DNA from: Syntrophales bacterium
GTDB lineage: Bacteria; Desulfobacterota; Syntrophia; Syntrophales; UBA2210
Direction: 5' to 3'
DNA length: 64,000 nt
Assembly (NCBI GenBank): GCA_963666365.2
Contig: CAXXNF010000002.1
Span: 2,304,001 to 2,368,000 of the forward strand
Position 1 is the stretch's first letter, and each line of letters starts with the position of its first letter. The position numbers and the translations under genes were made by a program. Positions 52,801-64,000 of the stretch are shown piece by piece. The notes under the pieces were generated by a model. That model did not search any database. It had not been told where the DNA came from and was given only the letters and a program-made list of their open reading frames with translations.

Positions 52801-55800
52801 GTCTCCCCTGAGATTGTTGACCGCCGTCAAGTCTCCGTACCCGCCGTAGGAATAGAGTATCCGGCCGCCTGCGGGGTCGGTGATGGCGGTGATTCTCCCC
52901 TCGGCATCCCGCTCGATCGCGATACGGCTTCCATCGGCGGCGAATATGCCGGCGGAGGTCACTACCACGCTGTCGCCGTCGGCATCCGTAAGCCCACGGA
53001 GGGCGCCGTTCCCGTCGTAGACATAGCAGACACCATCGGATGCCGTCAGTGTGAAGGCCTCTTCGCCGAACCCGGTCATATCGGCCGGGTTGTAAGGGAT
53101 GCCCGTTCCGCGCTCATAGAACATACCGGCGGCCTTCTCAAGCAGCGCCCCGCTCGTGTGCAGGGTCCAGGCCACCCCGTCATCGGGTGTCCACGCGGGT
53201 TGATACCAGGTCACCCCTCCCTGCTCCACCGGCAGGGGCGTGAAGGTGAAACCGGCGGACGCGCCGTCCGGAAGGGTCACGTAGAGCCGCGTCCCCTCGC
53301 CGTATCCGGCAAAGATGCCGATGGCCTCTTTCCCCGTGGGCTTCACATTGCTGGTGGCGCGCAGTTCGAATCCGGGGAACAGCCATCCGTATCCGAAGTC
53401 GCCCTTTACGCCGGCGGAGAACGACCGATAGACCCGTTCCAGATGAATCGCGACCCCGCCCAGCGTCATTTCCAGATCCACAGAGGAATCGGTGAACAGG
53501 CCGGTTTTTGCGGACGAGGAGATTTCCACCATCCGGGTCACTGTGGCGCTGCGGCCGCCGATATCACGGGCAGTCAGGCGCAGTTCATAGGCACCGTCCG
53601 GAAGCAGTGCGGCCGAGAGCGTTCCCAGGACGGATCGATCGACGCTTCCATAGCCCCGTCCCAGCGTATACACTTCAGAGGTCCCCAGGGCATGCAGAGA
53701 GAGCGCCCACTGGTCGAGATTCACGTCGGCAACGGCGCCGATTACTTCCACAACACCGGAGATCATCGCGGCATTATGCGGCGTGATCAGCGACACTGCA
53801 GGGGCGTTCACATCCTGCGGGTCGCGCACCTTGATTACCGTTTCCGCCGATGCGGTGGTTCCGTCCACATCAGTCGCCTCCACCGTCACTATGAAACGCC
53901 CCGGGGCTGCGGGAATGAACCAGGCCCGGTTGTAGCGGTCCAGAGACAGCTCTTTCCCGTCCACAAGGACCCTGAGGGATGCCACATCGGCGATACCCTC
54001 GGCTGCCCCGTGGATGATCACGGACTGCCCCGGATTCACCGGGAAGCCGGGGGTCAGTTCCAATATCACCGAGGGCGGAACGGGATCGAAAGACACCTCG
54101 AGGCGGACCGAGGCGCTGGCCGAAAGCTCACCATCGCTCACGGTGAAACGCAGATCGTGCCGTCCTGTCTGGGTGGCCAGCGGCGTCCAGGTCAATGTAC
54201 CTGTGGCTGCATCGAAGACCGCACCGGAGGGAAGATTTTCCACCGAGTAGGTAAGCGCCGCACCGGCATCGGGATCCGATCCGGGAACGGTCATGCTAAA
54301 GGGGCTGTCCACCAGGAGCACGTGTCCGCTCATATGCCCGATCACCGGGGCGCGGTTGACATTTGTCACCTCCACGCTGACGTCGTAGTAATCGGTCAGA
54401 CCGCCGGGGTCCCTCGCCACGAACCGGAAGATGTACAGACCGGCCTGATCGTAGCCTGGGGTCCACTGCATCATGGCCGCTTTGGCGTCGAAAACGGCGC
54501 CTGCCGGTATCGTCGATGAAACTCCGTCGCGGGTCACGCTTGCGATGGAATAGACCAGCGGGTCATTGTCAAGATCCCCCGCCTGCACCATAAACTGGAG
54601 CAGTGTTCCCTCCAGCGTGAGCTGCTTCCGCACCGGCACGAACTCCGGCGCCCGGTTCGTGTTGGCGACCGTGATGGTCACATCCTGACCGCTTGCGGCG
54701 GAACCGTCGGAAACCAGGAGACTTACTTTGTACGTTCCGGCCTGATCGTACCCCGGCGTCCAGGAAAAGACACCGGTGGCGGCGTCGAGCAGAGCCCCTC
54801 TCGGAAGTCCCGTCGCGGCAAAGTGTACCGGATCACCGTCATTATCGAGGTACCCCACCGTAAAGGTCAGTGCCGTGCCTTCGGCCGTCGTCTTATTCCC
54901 CATGGGGAGCAGCAGCGGGGCGGCGTTGTCGGTGCGCACGGCAATGGTGAAGGTTACACTGTCGGACAGCGCCAGTGCCGGATCGCCGTTTCCGCTGTCG
55001 GTAACCGTAACGGTTACCGTGTAATTGCCGGCCTGCAATGCTTCTGGCGTCCAGCTGATGCGGGCGCGCCCGTAGATGTTTTCCTGAACAACGGACACCC
55101 CCGCGGGAAGTCCCGTTGCCGTGAACACGAGGGGATCCTCGTCCAGATCCCGCGCGCGGAGGGAAAGTGTGAAGGCGTCGCCGATTTTCGCGACATAGCC
55201 TGACGCAACGGGGTCAAGCACCGGCGCGGCGTTGGGCGCGATCACCGTAAGCACAAAGGTCATCGTGCCGGTCAGCGCCGCCTTGGGATTGCCGTTGCCG
55301 TCGTCGGTGGCGCGTATCGTAAAGGTCTGATCTCCCCTGTCGGTAGTGACGGTGGGGTTGACGTGCAGAATACCGGTCCCGTCGCCGTTGTCCGTGAAGG
55401 TCGCCCAACCGGGGATGCCGTAGCCCGGCAGTCCGCCCACGGTCAGCGTGATCGGAGACCCGTCGGGATCGACGGCGCTCACCAGATAATCGAAACTTTC
55501 TCCCACCAGCATCGCGTCGTTTTCAATGGGTGCAACCACCGGTGTTGCATTCAGATCCCTCACCGTGATGGTAAGCCTCCCCGTGGCCGTGGTGGCAATG
55601 CCGGTCCCGTCACCGTCGTCGGTAACCGTGAAATCTACATAGTAGGTCCCCGCCTGATCATAGCCGGGCGTCCAGATGAAGGTCTGCCCATCCTCGGAAA
55701 ACTGCGCGCCCTCGGGCAGTGAGTAGGTCCAGATAAGTTCGGGCAGGAGCACGTCCGCATCCATGGTACCGTCGGGGAGCATCACCCCCACGCCCCGCGG

Positions 55801-58800
55801 ATTGTCGGGATCAACGGCGTTTATCTGCACCGTCAGGGTCTGCCCCTCGAATATTTCCCAGGCGCCGACCCCTTCGATGCGCATGGGGCCGTTGGCGTTC
55901 AGCACGGTCACGGTCATGGAACGGGATGCGGTTGCCTTGCCGTCGCTTACCGCAAAGGTAAGCACGTATATGCCGTGTTCATCATATTCGGGGGTCCAGG
56001 TAAATTCTCCCGTTACCGGATTGAGTGCGCCCCCCCCGGGCAACCCTGTCCCGCGGTAGGAGAGGCTGTCGCCGTCGGCATCGCTCCCCAGGAGACGCAC
56101 CACAAGCGTCTGGCCTTCCTGCAGGGTGCGATCCATGAGCGGTGCAAGTTCAGGGGCCTGATTTTTATTCACCACCAGGATTTCGAAGGATTGCCATGCA
56201 ACGCTGATACCGTCGCTCGCATAGACCCGCACATCGGGATAGCGCCCCGCCGAAGTGCCGTCGGTCTGCCATCGAAGCACCTGGCTTGCGGAATCAAACA
56301 CCGCCCCCGGAGGCAGGTGGTCCGCCCAGTAGAAGAGGGCATTCCCATCGCTGTCGCTCGCCCCTACCGGCAGTTCCAGAAGGTCCCCTTCGGTCAGGGA
56401 CTGGTCGGCCACGGGCAGCATCACCGGAGGCGCATTGACGCCGCTCACCTCCACCTGCCAGGTCTGCACGGCGAAGCCGCCCCGCGGATCGAAGACCCGG
56501 GCCTCGAACAGAGCGGAGGCCGGTGATCCGACGCCGGGAGTCCAGGTAAGCAGCCCCGTGGAGGCGTTCAGAACGGCGCCGGCAGGGGCCTGCACCAGCA
56601 GGAAGGAAACCTCGCCGTTTTCGGGATCCGAGGCAACCATCTGATAGCTGTATGCAGCATCAACCGTCGCGGTGAGGCCTGGTGTGGACGACACCACGGG
56701 CGCCTCATTCATTCCCACATCCACATTCACCCGGCTGAGCAGCGCAAAGGGCAGGTGATCGGGATTATAGACCCGCACGGTCAGGATGTCGGTTGATTCG
56801 CCGGGTGCAAGCCGTCCCTCGCCCTGCGCCGTCAGTTCCCGGTACCCGTATCCTTCGTCGGTGACGCCGTCGGGATCGAGAAGCACCGCCGTGACGTCCG
56901 AAAGACCGGTAAAGATAATTCTGAAGGGCGCCAGGACATCGAAATCGAGCGAGTTGACAATGTGTACATCAAAGGAAAACGTGTCGGTGCTTCGGTTGAA
57001 CCGTGTATTTTCAAAGACGGGCGCAAGCGTCGCCGTCACATCCACCATCACGGTGAATTCCGCGTTCACCGGCTCTGCGAGTGCAAGGCCCATGGCGCTT
57101 CGGATACCCGCGAGCACCGTCACATCATAGACACCCGCGGGGAGGGCCTCGAACTGTATCGTGGCGGTGCGCTCGGTGGAATCGTATGACACCTGACTGA
57201 TGGATATTTCTCTCCCCGCTGCGCTCACCAGCCGGTAATAGGCAGGGTTCATCGCCGACCCGGTTCCCCCGGCCCCGCCGTTGAACATGTCCATATCGAA
57301 CCGCACCGTGACGCTGTTCACCACCGGCAGCAGCGTGCTCCCGTCCACGGGCCACAGTGCCAGCACCGCCGGAGGAGTGATGGGGGCGAGGATCTCCACC
57401 TGTGAACTTTCAGCGATGTACAGTCTTCCGTCGGGTCCCACATCCATAAAGCCGCTCCGGGCGCCACCTTCAGCGATTCTCACCCGCTTGAGCGTGACCA
57501 TGTCCACCATGGTCAGGAATCCCGCATCCCCGTGGCTCACCACAAGGAGGTTTTCCAGTGCGGTTCCGGCCTGTCCGAAGGCGATCCCCAGAGCCGGGGC
57601 GTCGGGGATAAGGAAGATCTCCGCGTTTCCGCGGTTGTCAAACCGGAGGACGTATCCGTCATCAGGCCATGACGTTCCGTAGAGCGTCCCTTCTTCATCG
57701 AAGGCAAGACTGTGCACGCGGGTCGATGAAAACTGCGAGAATGTGCCCAGATCGGGATCGAACGTGGCGATTCCTTCACCGGTTGCCAGGTAGAGCGTGC
57801 CCGAATCGGGATGGACGGCCATTCCAAGCTGCACGCCGGTCCCGTAACGGGCGAGCACGGCGCCCCTATCCGGATCTATTCTGAGAAGGGCCCCGCCACC
57901 GGTAGTCGCCCAGAGCCTGCCGGCCTGGTCGAAGACCATGTCGTAAACCGGCACATCAAGCGTTACCAAAGGTGTGTCCGCTGCGCCACCGCCGGCGCCG
58001 AACCGCCAGATCTGGTTGCGTCCTTCTCCTCCACTCACAAAGACGGCACTGCCGTCGGGGCTGAAGGCGATGCCGACAGGCCCGATACCGGCGCCGGACT
58101 GGGCAAAACCCGTGGCAAAGACACTCACGGTAAAGGGCTCATAGACCCGCGTGAATGATGACGAGATGCCTCCAGGCATACCGGCGGGCACCTGATCCAG
58201 GGCCTGGAGGAACAGCGGGTTGGTCACCGGGACCGCCGGCGGGGTGACTATGGTCACTCGCGTTCCGGCTGCAAGTTGAGACTCCGTGGGAGCGACGCCC
58301 AGATTGACGCCGGGATTGTAGGCCGGCAGTATAACTCCGTCCGGCGCCGATTCCACGTTTCCGGCATTATCGGCGGAAAGGACGATGAATTCCGCCGTGG
58401 CGCCCGGCGCTGTCGCATAGGTGACCGTAGTCTCGGTGATACGCCGCTGCCAGGCCTTCCAGGCCCCGTCGCCTTCACGCACATAGACGGTGTAGTCCTT
58501 CACTCCCGAACCTTCCACGTCATCAACACCTGTGAAGGTAATCCGGTAGGTAGTGGCTCCGCTGGATCCGATCCCCAGACTCTTGACCTCAACGGTGGTC
58601 GTAGGGGCGGTCATGTCCAGGGTGCCGGTCTGTGTATTGGTATCGAGCGGGGTGCCGCCGTCATAGATCACACGGGCGGACGCATCAACAGTCAAACCGG
58701 TGACCATATTCTTGCCCTCGGTGTACACCGGCCAGGGTTTGATATAGTAACTGAGTCGACCCAGCTGCGCACGGTCCGTATTGGGCAGCAGAAGCCCGCG

Positions 58801-61800
58801 ATCGGGATCGCTGATCACCAGACCCGTCTCCGGATCGAGGGCGGTAAAGGTCCAGAGCGCGATACCGCTCATCACGTCCACACCCGCCGTCACCTGCAGC
58901 ATGAACCCTTTTTCTTCGACAAAATCGAAGAGACCGCTGAAGGATGCCTGGTTATCGGGCAGATGAAGCTGGATATCCCCGAGCGACACCTCACCCAGCA
59001 GGAAGCTTCGCACATCCAGATCATCATCCAGATCCACGTAAATCTGTATCCTGTTCACCGCCGCGTTGCTTTCAGCCGAATTCTCGAACTGAATGGTGTA
59101 GGGCAGGTACATATCGGCGGGCAGGAAGTTATCAGGCCCGTACCCGGCCGGTCCCACCATGCGCACCAGATCGGACCGGTCCCCGGTGATGCCGAAGAAA
59201 TCGCTCAGATTCGGATCCTTTACGGCCGCCTTTTCAACTTCGATCCCCGTTCCGGCCTGCACCCAGAACGACTCAAAGTGGGTCTCGTTCGTCAGCCCGA
59301 GATCGAAATTGGCGGCATCGGGAAGGGTGTCCTTCGGAAAGCGCCCTGAATCCTCATGCCCGTACCATTTGCGCACCTGAGCGAAGAACCCGGTCAAGTC
59401 TCCCTCGTCGATGATATCACCCTGGGTATCGATCCCCAGGAGACCGGCAGTGGCGATGGACACCAGGCTCGAGACGGTCGGCAACAGGTGCACCTCGGGG
59501 GGCACGTCTTCCGGCCGAAGCTGCCCGGCGTCCTCCAGTCCCATGAGGTACAGTGCCGCCCAGACCTCGGAATCGGCTGCCGCCTCTACCAGCACCCGGG
59601 GCGCCGCCGGGTCGTCCAGAACGGCCACCCGCAGCTTCTCTGCGACGCCTCTCTGATAGGCGACATATTCCGCAGCCGTCATCGGTGTAGCGGCGGCGGC
59701 AATGTAGAATTTGAAGGCAAACCCCTCATAGGGCCACTGCGGATCCACATCGGGATCACGGAGGTCTTTCAGGGCATTGGGATCCTTTTTCAATATGTCC
59801 CGCATCTCCGGGTAGAGATCGGCGGTAAAGGTAAGCCCCATATACCCCTGATTGATGAAATCGAAGGTAAAGCCGGAGGCCATCAGCATACCGTTCAGGT
59901 TGAGAACGGAATCAAGTTCCGCCCAGGGCACCCCTTCCACTTCGGGGAATCCGCTCAGGTTGGTCCGGAAAATGAGGTTGTCCCCCACCGACCAGACCTC
60001 TTCCTCACCGGCGTACCATTCCCCTTCGTCGCTCATCTTGACCTGGACGTATTCATACCAGTCGGCGTCGTTCATCACATAGGGCATGGAGAACTCGAAG
60101 TGGACGTAGGGAATGTCCACATTGGTGAGACTGTACACGCCGAACCCATACCAGCCCACATCGCCGTATTCCAGTTCCTTCGGTCCCCCGAGACCGACGG
60201 TAAGGGAAAGGGGTTCCGCTTCCTCAATCAGGTAACGGTAGGGGATGCGCGCCCTTTCTCCGTCCGGGTTTATCACTTCCACATCATAGAGCCCCTGGGG
60301 CGCGCCGGTGAGATCGAAGACGGCCACGATGCGCGTGGCATTCACGATTTCATAGTTTACGGCCTCGTATTCTGCGATCTGTGGCCGTATCAGCTTCACG
60401 ATGGCGCTGTTGGAGAAGCGGGCGCCACGCACCTCCATGGTGACATAGCGGGAATCGCCGCCGTTATCGGGCTTTACGTCGGTAATACAGAAAGGGAGAA
60501 GCTCCGCAGTGATCGTCACCTCGGAAGAAAGGGTTTCCTCTCCGGGGGTGAATTCACGGGCCGCGTCCTGCCACCCCGCGCTTCGGACCAGGATATAATA
60601 GTGCCCGGCCTCGGTCATGGGCACCAGAGCCGTCTGATCGCTCCAGAGATGCCCCTCGAATTTGCCGTCGTAGTAAATGGAATTAGGCAGCCCCTCGTAG
60701 CGTACATAGAGCTCGTTGGCGATAGTCTTGTCCTCGGCGGTAAGTGTCACCTTCAGCGTCTCTCCGGCGGGAACGACAATCTCGTAAAGCAGTTCACGCC
60801 CCACCGTGAGGGTATCGGTAAAAGGAACTTCGAGCTGAAGGGTGTCAATGGATACCTCCACGGTATCGGCCGATGCAAGCTTGTTGTTGGCGTTGTTTGC
60901 CCCCTCGTTGATGTCGTCAAAGATGTCCGCGCGCACGATGACCCGGTAATCGCCGGGCAGCACCGTGGGAAGGAGGGCCGTCAAGGTGGCAGTATAGCTT
61001 TCGCCGGGGGCCAGATCCCTGTATATGGGGCGCATCTCGCCGGGGCGGTCCGGATCGGGTTCCAACTCCACGCGGCCGATAAGCTTATCGCCCAGATCCC
61101 AGATACCGTCAGCCGAGAGATATAATGCATCCGCCCAGTACCCTTTGGCGTGCTCGTTATTGTCGGTGGCGTTTTTGACCGAGTAGTTGATGGTGGTCCA
61201 GTCGTTGACTGCTCCTTCCTCAGGGACGGTAATGAACTCGACCACCAGATCCGTCGGGGGCGCCAGATCGATAATCATGGCTGTGGCGGCGGCGCCGGCG
61301 TTATTCCCTTCGTTGGCCCCTTCGTACACAAAGCCGTAAGGATTCGTGGCGTTGGGCACATCGGTAAGTACGAATACGTAGTAGGGCCCAAGAATCCCTC
61401 TGGGAACGGTGAAACTCTCGGTGACATTGTAGGAGGCGCCGGCCGCCAGGGCGCCTTTGTGCACCACCTGTCCCAGAAAGTGGTCGCTCTTCACATCCAG
61501 GAAACGGTCGCGGGAGAGGAAGATGTAATCGGACCAGGTGTTCTGGCGATCGGGGATCGCTCCCACCGAGTCATTGGTGACCGTGTAGGACACATCGAAG
61601 GTTCTCCCCGTAATCGCATGGCCCTCAGCGGCATCCTCGTTCCCCACGAAGGTTACCGAGGAGACTTTCAGATCGGGAGAATCGACCAGTGTCACCTGCA
61701 GAGATGTGGCGATGATGTTGTTCCCCTCATCGGCGAATTCCTTCACCTGCCCCATCAGATTCCATTCCGTTGCCGGCCAGGGCGGATCAATGCGATAGGA

Positions 61801-64000
61801 CCCCTTTGCCGTCGGATAGGGCAGGGTTGACGCAAGGTACTGGCCCGCCCCGTAGGGGGAATCGATGTACACAAGCAGATAGAAGGTTCCCTCGATATCA
61901 TCGGGAAGCCTGACGGTGCTCGACACCTGATAGCTTTGCCCGATTTCGAGTACGCCCTTGTGGCGGTTTTCGCCTATGAGCAGGTCATAGCGATCGATGC
62001 TCGAATCCTGGCTGATGTAAATCCGGTCGATCCAGAAATCTCCCCGGGTGGCATGGGTGCCCGCGTTGGTCACGGTCCAGGCGATATCGATGGTCTGGCC
62101 GCTCGAGGCATCCGCCGGGATCACCAGAGAACCTTCCACCACCTTGAGGTCCGGTTCGCGGTAGGTCACCTGCATCACCGCCGATCCCACGTTATTCAAT
62201 TTATGCGGATCGTTATCCCCTTCATAGACGCGATCCTTCAGTTCACCCGGCCAGTCGGGGAAACTGGTAGCGGTGAGCCCGTCGATGCCACCCCACCAGG
62301 CCTCCACACTGGGATTTCTGTCAGTGAACACATAGACATAGCGCCGCCCTTCGGCGCCCAGGGGCAGTGACACCGTGGTAGAGGCGCTATAGGAATCGCC
62401 GGCCGCCAGGGCGCTCTGCGGACTCTCACTGCCGAGGAAGGGTGATACATGGGCAACGGCGCCCACATATTGGGCCCGATCGAAAATGAATTCGGGGTCG
62501 GGAGACACATAGACATAATCGGTCCACCGTTCGGTCCCCCTGTAGACATCGTAGGCGCCCATATTGGTGACGGTCCACTCGACGGTGACCGTCTGACCGG
62601 AGAACGCCTCATTCGGAACGATCACCGACGTCACCTGCAGGTCAGCTGGGATCGGCGTGACGATGGAGGCAACGGCCCTGTCGTTGTTGGCGGTGAAGGG
62701 GCCTTCCCAGACCTTACGCACCTCGACCTCGTCTTCACCCCAGAGAATCCATCGCAGTTCCGATTTGCTCAGGCTGTCGATCTTCGCATAGACCTCGGAG
62801 ACGGACATGGTTTCCAGATCACCGATCTTGTCCTTGATCCGGTCCGTGAGCTTCGCCATCTCCAGCAGCAGCTCCTCGTCGTCGGTGAGCAGGATGTTCG
62901 GATCCACATTGGTCTCGACGATAATGAAACTTCCCTTGGCGCTGGGCGGCAGCGTGAAGTCGATGCTGCGCGTGTAGCTCTGGCCCCGCTCGAGGACTCC
63001 TTCGTGCAACACGGCGAAGACCAGAGTCTTGTTGGTTCCCGCTTCGTCTTCACTCACATAGACGGCGTCGGCCCACCGGTCCAGATCGGTCTTGTTGGAA
63101 CCGTTGTTGGCGACGGTCCAGGACACATGTACCTTGCTTCCGCCGTACACCGCCTGCGGCGCCTGGACGTTGGTCACCTCCAGATCGGCCGGGGGCGTAT
63201 AGAGTACGACCAGGGGCTGGGCAGCCGTCTTGAAATTATTGTTGTCCACTGCGTGGGGGTCATCGGGATTGATATTCACATCAAAGGTGAGTTCGAAGAC
63301 CTGGTTCCAGGCGTCGCTGTACACCATAATCTCGAAGATCCCCTGAATATGAATGGGCACGGTCCCGGTGATGGTCCCCTCATAGTACTCACCCACTTCG
63401 AGGGCGCCCGTGTGGGTCGCCGATCCGATCCGGAAGTCTTCCCTCCCCCCCCGGCGCCGTCTTATCCGCCGACAGCCAGAGGGAATCGGTCCACGTGGCC
63501 GGGAAGGTCACCCCTGCCCCCTTGTTGGTCACCCGGTAATAGACGGTGATCTGCGAACCGTCGAAGACCTCGGTGGGGCCGGCCACATTGGAGACCACCA
63601 GATCGGGAGGGGGAACGGGCTGTGCGTCTACGGTAAGGGACTGGGCACGCGTGTTGTTGTTCTCTCCCGCCACCGGATCGAATTCATCCACCGAATTGGA
63701 GGCGTCGACTTTGACAATAATGTACATCAGGCCCTGGGCCGCCTGGGGAATGCGCCAGTTCCCGTAGGAGCTGTACTGCTCGCCTATTGCAAGGGCAGAG
63801 CCGTTCTGCACCCAGCCGAGCTGAAGATCCCCGCCGTCCAGTTTGTTATCCAGCGACAGATAGACGCCGTCGTACCAGCGGCTGCCGCCGGTGGGCGTCG
63901 CCGCATCCCCAAGGTTGCTCACCACCCACTCCACATCCACCACGGCGCCGGCGGTGACGGTGGCGGGAATGGTCATGGAAGTCACCTGAAGATCGGGACG
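43819..64000 (-). CDS. Giant multidomain surface/secreted protein (>6700 aa; 5' end outside the window; frameshift at 63445-63452)
   Basis: The 6525-aa ORF and the upstream ORF 63389->64000 join in frame if one G is removed from a G8 tract. Seven CARDB units, beta-propellers, nine putative-Ig repeats, YD segment, dockerin-like EF hands, Big_2, PPC/CARDB units, HEVGH. Confidence 0.88.

Noticed and set aside
51847..54519. Long plus-strand ORFs opposite the giant gene (890 aa; also 47764-49026, 49540-51108, 59356-61125)
   Set aside because: Antisense shadows of a high-GC3 coding strand; Arg/His/Gly-rich with no recognisable motifs
63394..63396. GTG at 63396 as the true start of the giant protein
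   Set aside because: It falls in mid-domain with no signal peptide, and the reading frame continues upstream to the G8 tract

Overview
The window has three parts. (1) 1-19.8 kb is core genome of a probable Desulfobacterota/Syntrophales-like deltaproteobacterium (taxonomy inferred). It holds the tRNA(Thr,Tyr,Gly,Thr)-rpmG-tRNA-Trp-secE-nusG-rplKAJL-rpoBC-rpsLG-tuf-rpsJ-rplC superoperon on the minus strand, a fused AmmeMemoRadiSam B/A gene, and gap-tpiA-secG-tRNA-Leu. The superoperon lacks an intact fusA (an apparently decayed EF-G remnant sits between rpsG and tuf) and lacks the tuf copy after tRNA-Thr. (2) 19.8-41.2 kb is a more AT-rich accessory region. It contains a katG remnant, one LivHMGF-type ABC transporter and six LivJ/K-type binding proteins (five form a Cys-rich paralog family, one 5'-truncated). 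It also has a PAS-LuxR regulator with an apparent ATT start, a small Cys-rich secreted protein, an AbfD-family 4-hydroxybutyryl-CoA dehydratase with a readable sigma54/IHF/enhancer region and a divergent activator, a eukaryote-type hexokinase and an acyl-CoA ligase. (3) 41.2-64 kb is GC-rich and encodes a giant (>6700 aa, starts outside the window) multidomain surface protein. Its domains include CARDB, Ig/cadherin, beta-propellers, a partial YD region, a dockerin-like module, PPC-like units and a C-terminal HExxH metallopeptidase. The gene is split by a frameshift at a G8 tract and is translationally coupled to a secreted 861-aa Ig/PKD/dockerin partner. All family calls come from motif recognition by eye; no searches were run.
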